Of a stretch of DNA of 64,000 nucleotides, positions 38,929 through 48,293 are shown piece by piece. Position 1 is the first letter of the stretch; every line of letters starts with the position of its first letter. Below the pieces are notes generated by a model. The model worked only from the letters and a program-made list of their open reading frames with translations, ran no database searches and was not told the origin of the DNA. Origin of the DNA: a virus (taxonomy: Duplodnaviria > Caudoviricetes). Location: the IMG/VR virus record IMGVR_UViG_3300020042_007950, positions 18,324-82,323 of that record; one strand, given 5' to 3'. Both the position numbers and the translations under genes were made by a program.

Positions 38929-40098
38929 TTATATGTTATTTATTCTAGCAACGGCTGCTTTTATTTCTTCAATACGAGAATAAGATTTCTCTACTGCCTC
39001 TTTACGAGCTATAGCCCATTCATCATCAGTCTTAGATGCATAAGTTGAAGAGTGATAAATGGAACCATTTACACCAGCCAAACTTGAATGCACGAAATAC
39101 TGAAGACAACGGATAGCACCCGTATTATCGTCTGGAACGGCTCCGATGTGCATCGGGTCTACAAAAATGTTGTGAATCTCACCTGAGATACGGTTGATAT
39201 ACTCAAGACCTCCGAAGTGTAAACCAGGTACACATGCCTGACGGTCATTAGTATTAACTTGATCCCAAGATCCAAGACGATGAGTACATCCTACTTTAAT
39301 GAAGTGGCCAGGGTTAGCATACCCGTTAGGGCCCTCACAATAGAATGCATCTCCACCTTCTCCCATGATAGCAGGTTGGAACACACGATCCTCAACAAAC
39401 TCTGGTAAGCCTTCTGACTCAATTTCTCCAGTGTCTACATTGAATGTACGTGCATAACGATCTACTACTTCTCCAGTTTCAGCATCGAACTTGTGCAAAA
39501 CTTCAGAAGAAACTTTGTAACCGTTCAATAAACCTTCCTTGGTAATTTTCATCTGATACATTGTAGCTTTCTTTTCAGCTACTTCATCACTCAATCCTTT
39601 CTCTTCAACAAGTTCCTTGAATAGAACAGGGTGAACATACTTAAGATTGATAAAGTTGAAGAATCTCTCAGAGAATTCTACCCCTGTACCATTGTGCATC
39701 TTCTTCCAAAGAATTGGGTTACGTAGCCAACGAGTCCACATCTTGATAAGTGGCATGAAATCTAATCCCATATCCATAGACTCATAGATTCTCTCTACTA
39801 AAGCCTTAGGCATTGGAATGTTAGATACCACTTCACCAGTCTTTAAGAAGAACTCTCCAGTAGTACTGTTAACGTAAATGTGCTCACACTTATCTTCAAT
39901 AAGTGCAGTGTAGTCCTCAACAGCCAAGCTATCGAAGGTATCTAAGATAGCCTTCAACTCGTCCATTGTTTCTACTTTGTCAGCCTTGTTGGCTAACTCT
40001 TGCATTTGCTTGTACAACTCTTCAGTGTACTTTACAGAGAATGATTTCTCCCCGTAAGATCCGACGATGTTACCGTCAATTACATTTAAACTAATCAT
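38929..40098 (-). CDS. rIIB: rIIB-like protein
   Basis: C-terminal DRQACVPGLHFGGLEY resembles the rIIB CxxGLH motif; directly downstream of an rIIA-like gene. Confidence 0.7.
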   Translation of the reverse strand: MISLNVIDGNIVGSYGEKSFSVKYTEELYKQMQELANKADKVETMDELKAILDTFDSLAVEDYTALIEDKCEHIYVNSTTGEFFLKTGEVVSNIPMPKALVERIYESMDMGLDFMPLIKMWTRWLRNPILWKKMHNGTGVEFSERFFNFINLKYVHPVLFKELVEEKGLSDEVAEKKATMYQMKITKEGLLNGYKVSSEVLHKFDAETGEVVDRYARTFNVDTGEIESEGLPEFVEDRVFQPAIMGEGGDAFYCEGPNGYANPGHFIKVGCTHRLGSWDQVNTNDRQACVPGLHFGGLEYINRISGEIHNIFVDPMHIGAVPDDNTGAIRCLQYFVHSSLAGVNGSIYHSSTYASKTDDEWAIARKEAVEKSYSRIEEIKAAVARINNI

Positions 40099-40121
40099 AT
40101 AAGATTTTGTTATTATTTGTA

Positions 40122-42950
40122 TTACAAATTTAGTGAAATAAATGACTCGAACTCATTAATTTCATCAACAGGAATGGTCATTTCGAGTAACCCTTTTGCT
40201 TTAAGATACAGCTGAATCTCACGTTTAGTGTTCTCATCCTCATACTTGTAGTTAGAGATTTGAGAAAGTACGTGTTGAGAAGTTTCTGTGAAATCTTTGT
40301 AGAAAGATATCATGCCTTCTAACCCTGGAATACGGATCTTGGCCCCTGGAATATCAGATGCTATGAACAACTTACTTGATGTATCAGCAATTGCTTCTTT
40401 ATCATCAGGGGAAGTCATACATACATACTCTAGAGCAGCCATCTTATTCAATCTTGTGAACACCTCATTAATTACTTCATGAGATTTACCCTTTAACTTG
40501 TAAGATAGCTTGTCTTTTACATAGTCAAGCTTCTCATAGATTTGAGCAAACAAAGGATTGATAGATTGTAAGTTCTCAAAGAAAGGTTGAACTCTCTCAA
40601 TATCCATAGTATGTGCAGCATAATACATTCTAAGGTAGAAACTACAAGTAAGATTGTCTTCTTCATCTACAGCATAAAAGAACTCGTCAATATGCTTGAT
40701 GTTTTCTACATTCTGTACTTGCTTTACATTAGTCTCACTAAGCTTAATTAACTGTGGGCATTGAGACTCTCTCTTAATAAGACTTTCTAATCCCATAGAA
40801 TATTCGTTAAGCTCTCCCTTACCATTCATAAATCTAGTAGGATTACACATGTAAAAATGCATAGGATCATTTCTACCATTAGAATAAGGAGGAGTGTAAG
40901 TAGCTCCAGGGTAGATGTCACAAATCCTAGGGGCAAAATGATGCAAGATCTCAGCAGCTAACTTAAGTTTATCAGCATCTGCATCTGTACCGTAATAAAT
41001 CACAGTCTTAGTTGCTCTAAGTTCTGATAACTTTGGCTCTACCTTATCCCACACAGAATCATCCCAGTCATTAGCATGTCTTGCAGTAGCAGCACGAACA
41101 GTGTAACCTACAATCTGCTTGTTCAACTCACGAAGTTCAGCAGGAGTAAGTTTAAGTGTACCTCCACCTGTAGCAGCCAGGGTATCTTCCTCCTCTTTAA
41201 GACTAGCCTCAAAGTCATCAGGAACTATCACATCATCATAAACTCTATAGCTTTCTGACTCTGATAAATATTTCTCAACTTCTAATTGATTCTTCTTAAT
41301 TTTCCCTAACTGAGCTTCAAGCAGTACCAAGTCCTCTGGTCGTGTAGAAGGATCATCACACTTGTCTTCTAAATCTTGAGTGGATTTTTTCTTGATAGAT
41401 ATAAAAGAACCACCATTCTCCTTCATAAGATATGCATCTTTAAGTCTGGTAAATCCTTCTTTTCTGAAATACACCTTAGCAATGTCAAACTTTTCCCAAG
41501 TATCAACATCAGTAGTATTAGAAACTATCTTAAACTCTCCGTTCTCAAGCTTATTAGTTAAAGTGTGAAGTTTGACATTAAACCCTTCGAATACCTTCCC
41601 CATATGCTCAAACTTGATTCGTTTGTTCACTGGATATACCGGCTTCAAAGATTTAGTATCAATGATTCTACTCATAGACTGCAGCACTTTACCATTGGTA
41701 GAATAATCTTCTGCAATTCTTCCTGAGAATACTACATTCTTACATGCATCTACCCATTTCAAGAAATCTGTCTCGTTCAGCTTCTCTTGCACAAGCTCTG
41801 TTGCCTCGTCACCTGCTTTAATAATCAAGTTCTGAACAAACTGTTTAGTGTGGTCAGACCAGATTACTTTCTCACGGCTCGGAGTAACATCGACTCCATC
41901 TTGAATAACTACTTCTTCCCCCTGTTCATTCTTGTACACTTGTCGTATAGGACACTTCAGACCAACTGCCCCATATAACTGCTCCATCTCCAACTCTCGG
42001 AAATCCACGTGACCATAGTTAATACCAGTGGTTGCACCCTCTGCTTTAACAATGACAATGTGTGGACGTGCATAGTAGTTACTCTCAGTGATAATCAAAT
42101 ACTTTGAGTTGTAGATAACACTAGGCTTGAAGTCGATCTCACGTTTGTAGTCGTTCTCTTCAATCACATGAAATCTAACATTGCTCAAATAAGTTAATTG
42201 CTCACTGACTGCATCTAAGAAACGATCTGCATTGTGCTTCTTTACTTTGAATGAAATCTCAGTTCTGTTTAACTCGTTAGCTGGCTCATAATAGACTTTA
42301 GTCCCATCAGTAAATGTGATGTATGGATTCTCTTGGCCTGTACTAAGATTAAATCGTGGAATTAAGAAATCAGTCTTGTAATTAAAGCAATTTGCTTTGA
42401 ATCGTTTCCCATTATAAACGGTTTCAATAGTGTAGAAGTCTACACCGGTAGATAATGCAACCTTAGCACCTAAACCGAAGGCACCAAAATTCTCTGAGGT
42501 ATTACGTTTAGTTGAGTAACCTAGTTCTAGGATACCCTCTAATCTTCTACCCCCGATACCAACACCATAGTCTTTAATTGTGAACTCGTCACAATATCCA
42601 ACTCCAGCATTGTGCTTGTAATAAACGTCAACGTGGTTATTAACTAGATCAAGGTTAGTTATGTTATAATAACTAGCATCGAAGTTACTGTCTTCGTATT
42701 GCTCACCTTCTCGGCTAATGTAATAATCCTCCACGGTTTTCTGGCCAGTCAATATCTCTATGGCAATCTCCTTCTCTCGTTGAGAATCGCAGGCATTTGT
42801 TACCAGCTCTCTGACAGTTGAAGGGATTGGGGTAGAATACTGAGTGGCTTGTAATATGTCAAACACTAGTTTCTCTGCACCACGATTAATTCGTTTAGCA
42901 ACACCAGTGTCTGAACCGACAAATTCATTGTCAATTTGTTTGATACTCAT
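40122..42950 (-). CDS. rIIA: rIIA-like protein with an N-terminal GHKL/HATPase domain
   Basis: VRELVTNACDS, IKDYGVGI and STKRNTSENFGAFGLGAK GHKL motifs; 942 aa; paired with rIIB. Confidence 0.8.
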   Translation of the reverse strand: MSIKQIDNEFVGSDTGVAKRINRGAEKLVFDILQATQYSTPIPSTVRELVTNACDSQREKEIAIEILTGQKTVEDYYISREGEQYEDSNFDASYYNITNLDLVNNHVDVYYKHNAGVGYCDEFTIKDYGVGIGGRRLEGILELGYSTKRNTSENFGAFGLGAKVALSTGVDFYTIETVYNGKRFKANCFNYKTDFLIPRFNLSTGQENPYITFTDGTKVYYEPANELNRTEISFKVKKHNADRFLDAVSEQLTYLSNVRFHVIEENDYKREIDFKPSVIYNSKYLIITESNYYARPHIVIVKAEGATTGINYGHVDFRELEMEQLYGAVGLKCPIRQVYKNEQGEEVVIQDGVDVTPSREKVIWSDHTKQFVQNLIIKAGDEATELVQEKLNETDFLKWVDACKNVVFSGRIAEDYSTNGKVLQSMSRIIDTKSLKPVYPVNKRIKFEHMGKVFEGFNVKLHTLTNKLENGEFKIVSNTTDVDTWEKFDIAKVYFRKEGFTRLKDAYLMKENGGSFISIKKKSTQDLEDKCDDPSTRPEDLVLLEAQLGKIKKNQLEVEKYLSESESYRVYDDVIVPDDFEASLKEEEDTLAATGGGTLKLTPAELRELNKQIVGYTVRAATARHANDWDDSVWDKVEPKLSELRATKTVIYYGTDADADKLKLAAEILHHFAPRICDIYPGATYTPPYSNGRNDPMHFYMCNPTRFMNGKGELNEYSMGLESLIKRESQCPQLIKLSETNVKQVQNVENIKHIDEFFYAVDEEDNLTCSFYLRMYYAAHTMDIERVQPFFENLQSINPLFAQIYEKLDYVKDKLSYKLKGKSHEVINEVFTRLNKMAALEYVCMTSPDDKEAIADTSSKLFIASDIPGAKIRIPGLEGMISFYKDFTETSQHVLSQISNYKYEDENTKREIQLYLKAKGLLEMTIPVDEINEFESFISLNL
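40125..40132 (-). promoter_or_regulatory. Bacteroidota -7 promoter element (TAAATTTG)
   Basis: TAnnTTTG at the end of rIIA, upstream of the rIIB ATG. Confidence 0.4.
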
Positions 42951-43309
42951 AATAAGTTTCTAGCTTTTTTGTAATCGTGTTGAATCTCTAATAATTTCTT
43001 AGTACACATCTCTTGTGGGATAGGGAAAATTCTTTTAATTGCATGGGTATTAGTAAAATCAACAGACCCTTGTTTAGGGTCATTAATTTTCTTGTACAAC
43101 CATGAAGAATCTCCATTTGCAGTATTTTTTTCATAAAGATGCTCATGCCAAGCACCTCCTAGAAAATAATAGTAGATCTTGCCTGCAGACTTCATGCTAT
43201 CATAAATAGCATAATGCAACCCATTGCCAATAGAAATAAGAATTAAATCCCCTCTTTGAAAAGTATGTGGCTTAAGATAATCAGAGTCTTCATTAATAGT
43301 GAGACTCAT
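42947..43309 (-). CDS. Hypothetical protein
   Basis: 120-aa ORF packed tightly in the operon. Confidence 0.55.
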   Translation of the reverse strand: MSLTINEDSDYLKPHTFQRGDLILISIGNGLHYAIYDSMKSAGKIYYYFLGGAWHEHLYEKNTANGDSSWLYKKINDPKQGSVDFTNTHAIKRIFPIPQEMCTKKLLEIQHDYKKARNLL

Positions 43310-43320
43310 AACTTCTTAAT

Positions 43321-43830
43321 TTATAGCTCAGAAATGAGCTGAATTACTTGTAAAATTTGTTTTTGATCTTTTGGTAAGAATAATGGGCAGACAGAATCAT
43401 TGTCCATTAAATGCTTTTTGAAGTTTTTCCAAGTGTTTGGGAACCTATCATTAGCAAAACCTTTACATTCTATTACCCATAGCAGCTTACCATCTGCATC
43501 GTGACTCACAAAGTCTGGTGTGTATGAAATACCTCTAATCTTATCCTTACTCTTGTCTGCAAATTCTTTAGTCGTAGCTTTGGTTTCAAAGATTGGACAA
43601 GGATAGTAGAAAGCCTCAGTCAATTGATAAGAATGTTCCTCATACGTAAAAGCAACTCCAAGTTCTTTTAACTTTCTGTAACAAAATACCTCAAGCATAG
43701 ATTTAAACTTAATTCCATCTACTTCTTTTGGTTTAGCTTGAATCTTCCCTTTACCTTTTACTCTTGCTCCTGGTTTAGGTCTAGCTTTTTGAACAGTGTT
43801 AGATCGAATTCTTTGAGTCTTTTTTGCCAT
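43321..43830 (-). CDS. PD-(D/E)xK endonuclease, DUF1064/T7 endonuclease I-like (possible Holliday junction resolvase)
   Basis: DGIKFKSMLE...YTPDF...IECKG motifs. Confidence 0.75.
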   Translation of the reverse strand: MAKKTQRIRSNTVQKARPKPGARVKGKGKIQAKPKEVDGIKFKSMLEVFCYRKLKELGVAFTYEEHSYQLTEAFYYPCPIFETKATTKEFADKSKDKIRGISYTPDFVSHDADGKLLWVIECKGFANDRFPNTWKNFKKHLMDNDSVCPLFLPKDQKQILQVIQLISEL

Positions 43831-43833
43831 TGC

Positions 43834-44817
43834 TTACGGTAGTTGTATTTGTACAATCCTTTTACCTATTTCTATTCCATGATCTTTCATCAGGTCAGAA
43901 ATGTCTTTGGATTTGTAATGTGCTGGTAAAATTACATTAATTAGATTGAATTCTGCACAAATTTTATTAGCCATTGTCTGGCCTGGATTTGTCTCCTTCT
44001 CAAAATCATTATCGTAAAGTACAGCTACAACTTGGAATCTTTCTTGCAGCTCATTAATTAGCTTTCGATCAGGCATTTGCATCTCACTCTGTAGAGCAAT
44101 AGCTTCATATCCCAATACATTAAGGCACATGACATCCTTGAGAGAAGAGGCTAGAAATACAATGTCTCCACTGTCTTTTAGTTGCTCCCACCCTTGAATG
44201 TCATCTTTAGAAGTGTTGCTATACCACTTACCCTCTGTTTCAAATGGTCTATAGACTTTGTAACGACCATTAATGTTATATACATAACTAGGAGTGTGGC
44301 AACGGTAACGGGCTTCATTAATCCAAAAGTAATCAATTGGTTCGACACCAAATTTAATCAATAAACTCTTACTAATATGGAATTTTTCCCAGAAATCTTT
44401 ATCTTCTAATGACCAACTTCTTGACCTCTTTGCAAGTTTAGTTGGACGTCTTTCAATAACTTCTTGAGTACCATATGTAATAGCTATTTGAGTTTTAATA
44501 ACAGTTCCAGCTTGTAAACCAAGCCCGAAATCTGTGTCAATAACTCTCATTGCTTCAGAGAATGTTAAACCAAATTTAGCTTGTATGTAAGAAAAACAAT
44601 CATGGCTTTCTCCACTACCGAAATCTTTGTAAATAACTTTACCTTTCCAAGGTACAATCGAGCATGTAGGGGATCTATCCTCTCTTAACTCACTGCAAAA
44701 CTTGTCACCAAAATTCTTAAAATTGTGACAATAATACCTGAATATATCGTACTCAGATATCTTACACAAAATAGAATCCTTATGCAAGTATGCATCACTG
44801 CTTCTTGATTCAATCAT
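43834..44817 (-). CDS. dnaG: crAss-type DnaG primase
   Basis: Degenerate Zn-ribbon (FCSELREDRSPTC...KDFGSG...CF) and TOPRIM motifs (SSLKD, LYDND). Confidence 0.8.
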   Translation of the reverse strand: MIESRSSDAYLHKDSILCKISEYDIFRYYCHNFKNFGDKFCSELREDRSPTCSIVPWKGKVIYKDFGSGESHDCFSYIQAKFGLTFSEAMRVIDTDFGLGLQAGTVIKTQIAITYGTQEVIERRPTKLAKRSRSWSLEDKDFWEKFHISKSLLIKFGVEPIDYFWINEARYRCHTPSYVYNINGRYKVYRPFETEGKWYSNTSKDDIQGWEQLKDSGDIVFLASSLKDVMCLNVLGYEAIALQSEMQMPDRKLINELQERFQVVAVLYDNDFEKETNPGQTMANKICAEFNLINVILPAHYKSKDISDLMKDHGIEIGKRIVQIQLP

Positions 44818-44831
44818 AAGGAGGCTAAATT

Positions 44832-44860
44832 AAAAACAAAAGGGGTCATAATCGACCCCT
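44832..44860 (-). terminator. Intrinsic terminator
   Basis: Perfect 7-bp stem AGGGGTC/GACCCCT followed on the - strand by TTTGTTTTT, just after the SSB-like gene. Confidence 0.75.
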
Positions 44861-44883
44861 ATTGTTCTTTTGTTAGAAACTAA

Positions 44884-45651
44884 TTACATCCAAGCATCGT
44901 TGCTATCGTCGTCAGCCTTGAATGGGCTTTCGTCTTTAGCATCAGCTACGATCATAGTTGGAGAATAAACCCCGAACTTAAGATCCTTTGTGTACTCAGC
45001 ATTGAATGAACCGTAATCCTCGTTAAGAGCCTTAACAAACAAGCTGTCGTTAGCCGGCTTAAGACGGCCGAAGTGACGGTTATAAACTGTCTGATACTTC
45101 TCGTCCTTAACACCAATCAACACACGAAGTTTGTTAGCAGCTAATGCCTTGATTAACTGCTTCAACTCTTTAACATCTCCCTTCATGATAGCATCGATAG
45201 TATCGAAGCTAATCTTACCACCATTGGCTACGTTAGCCCATGCCTTAGTGAAGTTAACAAGTGTGTCCTCTCCAACATAAGCTTTACGGCTTGTATCAGA
45301 GTTCTTCCACCACTCATATGCAGGAGCTTCTTCACTCCATGTCATCTGACCTACGTTGTTAATCCACATTGCCTTACCGTTCTTTGACATACGGTGCTCA
45401 GGCTTGGTTAAGATGTCGAATCTTACAGTGATATTTGGCTCCTCGTTACGAAGATAAAATACAATCTTGTTGTACTCTTCTCCATTGATTTCCACACTGT
45501 ACTTCGGCTCTTCCTTAGCATTAATTCCAATCTCTTGGAGTTCTGCTTGAGTAGGGTTAACCGCTACTACACTCACAGCTGCAATACCAGTGTATAACTG
45601 ATACCCACCACCTGCTACTACTTCTTCTGAATTGTTTGACTCAATTGCCAT
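44884..45651 (-). CDS. Probable single-stranded DNA-binding protein
   Basis: 255 aa, beta-rich, acidic/aromatic tail DDDSNDAWM; located between primase and the AAA ATPase. Confidence 0.55.
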   Translation of the reverse strand: MAIESNNSEEVVAGGGYQLYTGIAAVSVVAVNPTQAELQEIGINAKEEPKYSVEINGEEYNKIVFYLRNEEPNITVRFDILTKPEHRMSKNGKAMWINNVGQMTWSEEAPAYEWWKNSDTSRKAYVGEDTLVNFTKAWANVANGGKISFDTIDAIMKGDVKELKQLIKALAANKLRVLIGVKDEKYQTVYNRHFGRLKPANDSLFVKALNEDYGSFNAEYTKDLKFGVYSPTMIVADAKDESPFKADDDSNDAWM

Positions 45652-45716
45652 TTTATTTTGAATTTAAATTAACGAAAATATGCTGTATAAACTATGTCCT
45701 GTTGCTGCCTGAACTC

Positions 45717-46073
45717 TCAGTTACTGATAGCCTCAGTTGCTGCTTGATGATCTTGGATAGCTTCCATTAGATCCATTTGATTAGGATCAACGTTATCTAA
45801 ATCATTAGCATTAGACTTACTGATGATAGTATCATCTACCAATGTAAAACGTACAGCAATCTTCTTACGAGCACGAAGACCTACCAATTTAGGGTGCTTG
45901 AACAACTCAGTAACTTCAGCTTTAGTCAAGTTATACTTAGTTGCAATACCATCACGATCGATACCATCGTTTAAGTCGTTGATAATTCCTGTTACCGTCA
46001 ATACGATAGGACCTTCAGTTGTTGCATTTTGTGCAACAATTGGATTTTGTTGAATGTTAGCTTCGATAGCCAT
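45717..46073 (-). CDS. Hypothetical protein with a possible HTH
   Basis: DRDGIATKYNLTKAEVTELF looks like a helix-turn-helix. Confidence 0.55.
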   Translation of the reverse strand: MAIEANIQQNPIVAQNATTEGPIVLTVTGIINDLNDGIDRDGIATKYNLTKAEVTELFKHPKLVGLRARKKIAVRFTLVDDTIISKSNANDLDNVDPNQMDLMEAIQDHQAATEAISN

Positions 46074-46091
46074 TTTTTTAAGATTTTAAAA

Positions 46092-46763
46092 TTAGTAATT
46101 TGAAAGTTTGTCGATTATCATCTGATAATCATTGTCAATTTTACCTTCGAAAAGGTTTTGTGGGCTACGAGCAGTGTTGAAGCCGTTATTCTGAGTCTCT
46201 AGAATGTATTTAGGATTACCTCCTACCATTTCTACTCGTGAATAAAGAACAGTCTCCATCTTACCCTCTAACTGCATTTTAGTACCTAACTTACCTAAGA
46301 TCTTAAGACGTTCTTTGGTGTCGTTACCAACCTTATAAGTTTCGGTATGACCAGTGATAAATGCATATCTCTCATCGGCAAGTAAGCCCTTGCTTATCCC
46401 CCCTTTGATGTGGTTAATTATACCAGCATAATCTGTTGGGATTACGTGATACGGAGATCTAGGTGCAGCTTTCTTGCCGTACTCAGCTTTGCCTCCCTCC
46501 CACACTGGATTCTTGTTGTCAGCATTATACCAGATGTTGGTATTAGGGGCAAGAGTTCTCATTCCTGAAGACTTACCTGTACCAGGCTCTCCTAAGATTA
46601 AGATGATCTCGAATCCTAACTGCTGAATGTCTGACATGAAAGTATAAATGTCTTGACCATAATCTTTCCATTGATCGTGGCCAGGCTTCTTTTTATCTCT
46701 CATAAAATCTTCATTCTGTATAGCCGTCAGTGTGTCTATACAAATGCTCTTGATTAGTTCCAT
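46092..46763 (-). CDS. AAA_24/Sak4-like P-loop ATPase with permuted motif order
   Basis: Walker A GEPGTGKS at 46569-46592 comes after the Walker B-like ICID (46734-46745); C-terminal TQNNGFNTARSP...IDND matches the family. Confidence 0.8.
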   Translation of the reverse strand: MELIKSICIDTLTAIQNEDFMRDKKKPGHDQWKDYGQDIYTFMSDIQQLGFEIILILGEPGTGKSSGMRTLAPNTNIWYNADNKNPVWEGGKAEYGKKAAPRSPYHVIPTDYAGIINHIKGGISKGLLADERYAFITGHTETYKVGNDTKERLKILGKLGTKMQLEGKMETVLYSRVEMVGGNPKYILETQNNGFNTARSPQNLFEGKIDNDYQMIIDKLSNY

Positions 46764-46780
46764 TGAGTCAATTTATTAAT

Positions 46781-47758
46781 TTACTTTTTAACACGTTCTG
46801 TCAAATTGAATGTTGACAAATTAGCTTCGTAGGGAATCATACCCAATTGACCATCACGATTCTTCTCGATATGACAGGCTAACAACCCTTCAGGATCCTC
46901 TCCACAATAGCTGTCTGTAATACCGTAAAGGTCGAATGGTCTTTGTAGCATCATCACTACGTGAGCATCTTGCCCAATAGAATCACCACCAAATAGGTCT
47001 GTAAGTTGTGGTTGATACTGTTGTTTGGCACGATACTCTTGCTCGATATTCCTGTTTAGCTGTGACAACAGGATAGAAATACTACCCATTCGTGCTTGCA
47101 ACCACATACATGTCTTCGATACTTGATTCAGCTTCTGAAGCTCTGTGTCTTCTGAGCCTAGAATCAATCTCGAATGGTCATAAAGATTAATGATTGTGTG
47201 TTCAGGGTGCTTTTGATACACTCTGTTGTTAATCTCTTTAATCTTCACCATGTTCTGTGGAATAGAGCAGAAGAAAATAGGATACTTCCTATAGCTGTCT
47301 ACTGCATCTTCATACTTCTTTAATCCATCGTCAGATAACTTTTGGTCGACACTGTATAACTGTGAAAACTGGAGTTGAGCCTTGTTCGATGCAGCTCTCA
47401 TGATCTGCTGATAGTCAGGCATCTCGAACGTCCAGTACAGTACTATTACTTTCTTGTCTTTGTTTTTATCTAATACATCAAAGATTAATTGGTTTGAAAA
47501 TGCAGATTTACCTACACCAGGACGACCGGCAATAACGTACATCTTACCTTTCTGCAAACCTCCAAGAAGATTCTTATCCAATCTCGACCATCCAGTAGGG
47601 AAGACAATTCGTTGCCCTGTTTGAGCAAGCTTAATTTCTTCTATTGATTTGTCTACTGAATGAGAGATGTGTCTAAAATCCTTTAACGAATCGTCAAAGT
47701 TGTCTTGTGATTCTACTTTCTGAGCCTGATGACTCAGTTGTTGATTTTGATTCTCCAT
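46781..47758 (-). CDS. dnaB: DnaB-like replicative helicase, C-terminal ATPase domain only
   Basis: AGRPGVGKS, LSQLNR, IGQDAH and IEKNRDG motifs. Confidence 0.88.
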   Translation of the reverse strand: MENQNQQLSHQAQKVESQDNFDDSLKDFRHISHSVDKSIEEIKLAQTGQRIVFPTGWSRLDKNLLGGLQKGKMYVIAGRPGVGKSAFSNQLIFDVLDKNKDKKVIVLYWTFEMPDYQQIMRAASNKAQLQFSQLYSVDQKLSDDGLKKYEDAVDSYRKYPIFFCSIPQNMVKIKEINNRVYQKHPEHTIINLYDHSRLILGSEDTELQKLNQVSKTCMWLQARMGSISILLSQLNRNIEQEYRAKQQYQPQLTDLFGGDSIGQDAHVVMMLQRPFDLYGITDSYCGEDPEGLLACHIEKNRDGQLGMIPYEANLSTFNLTERVKK

Positions 47759-48257
47759 CACTTAAATCACTGTACTTCTCCCATGTGTGATTATTAATCC
47801 ATGTTTCTAGCTGCTGCATAAATCCTAAGTTATTGCCTCTCTTACGTAATAGGAGCTCTCGTTGCAGACACTCTATAACGTGTTCGTGCTTTTTCTTGTC
47901 CTTTCCTATGTATTTGAGATAACGGGATTTTGCCTTTGCATTTGCCTTAGAGCTGGGATCTTTAGCTCTAAGTATTCTGACTGCTCCATTTGCAATTACT
48001 TTGAGTGGATAGTGAGAAAGGAGGCCGTGCCATATGACATCTTCTGTACTTGAGAATTCGTCGTTAAATTTTTCTCTCAATGTACATTCGTCCTCCTCTC
48101 CCAACTTAATCCAACCGTTGGTTTGCAATTTCTCACGGTCAATAATTAACTTTAAGTCACTAGAATCAAGGTCACGACTAAGCATAGATAAGAATAAAAA
48201 CTCATCAGCTGTAAACCCATGATTTACAAGCTTTTCTGTATCAATTTCAATGATCAT
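47694..48257 (-). CDS. Conserved crAss-like replication protein (possible initiator or helicase loader)
   Basis: 187 aa ending FMQQLETWINNHTWEKY; overlaps the helicase start by 65 nt. Confidence 0.55.
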   Translation of the reverse strand: MIIEIDTEKLVNHGFTADEFLFLSMLSRDLDSSDLKLIIDREKLQTNGWIKLGEEDECTLREKFNDEFSSTEDVIWHGLLSHYPLKVIANGAVRILRAKDPSSKANAKAKSRYLKYIGKDKKKHEHVIECLQRELLLRKRGNNLGFMQQLETWINNHTWEKYSDLSDGESKSTTESSGSESRITRQL

Positions 48258-48293
48258 AAAAGTTTCTTTTATACTTTCTATAAGTAATCGTAT

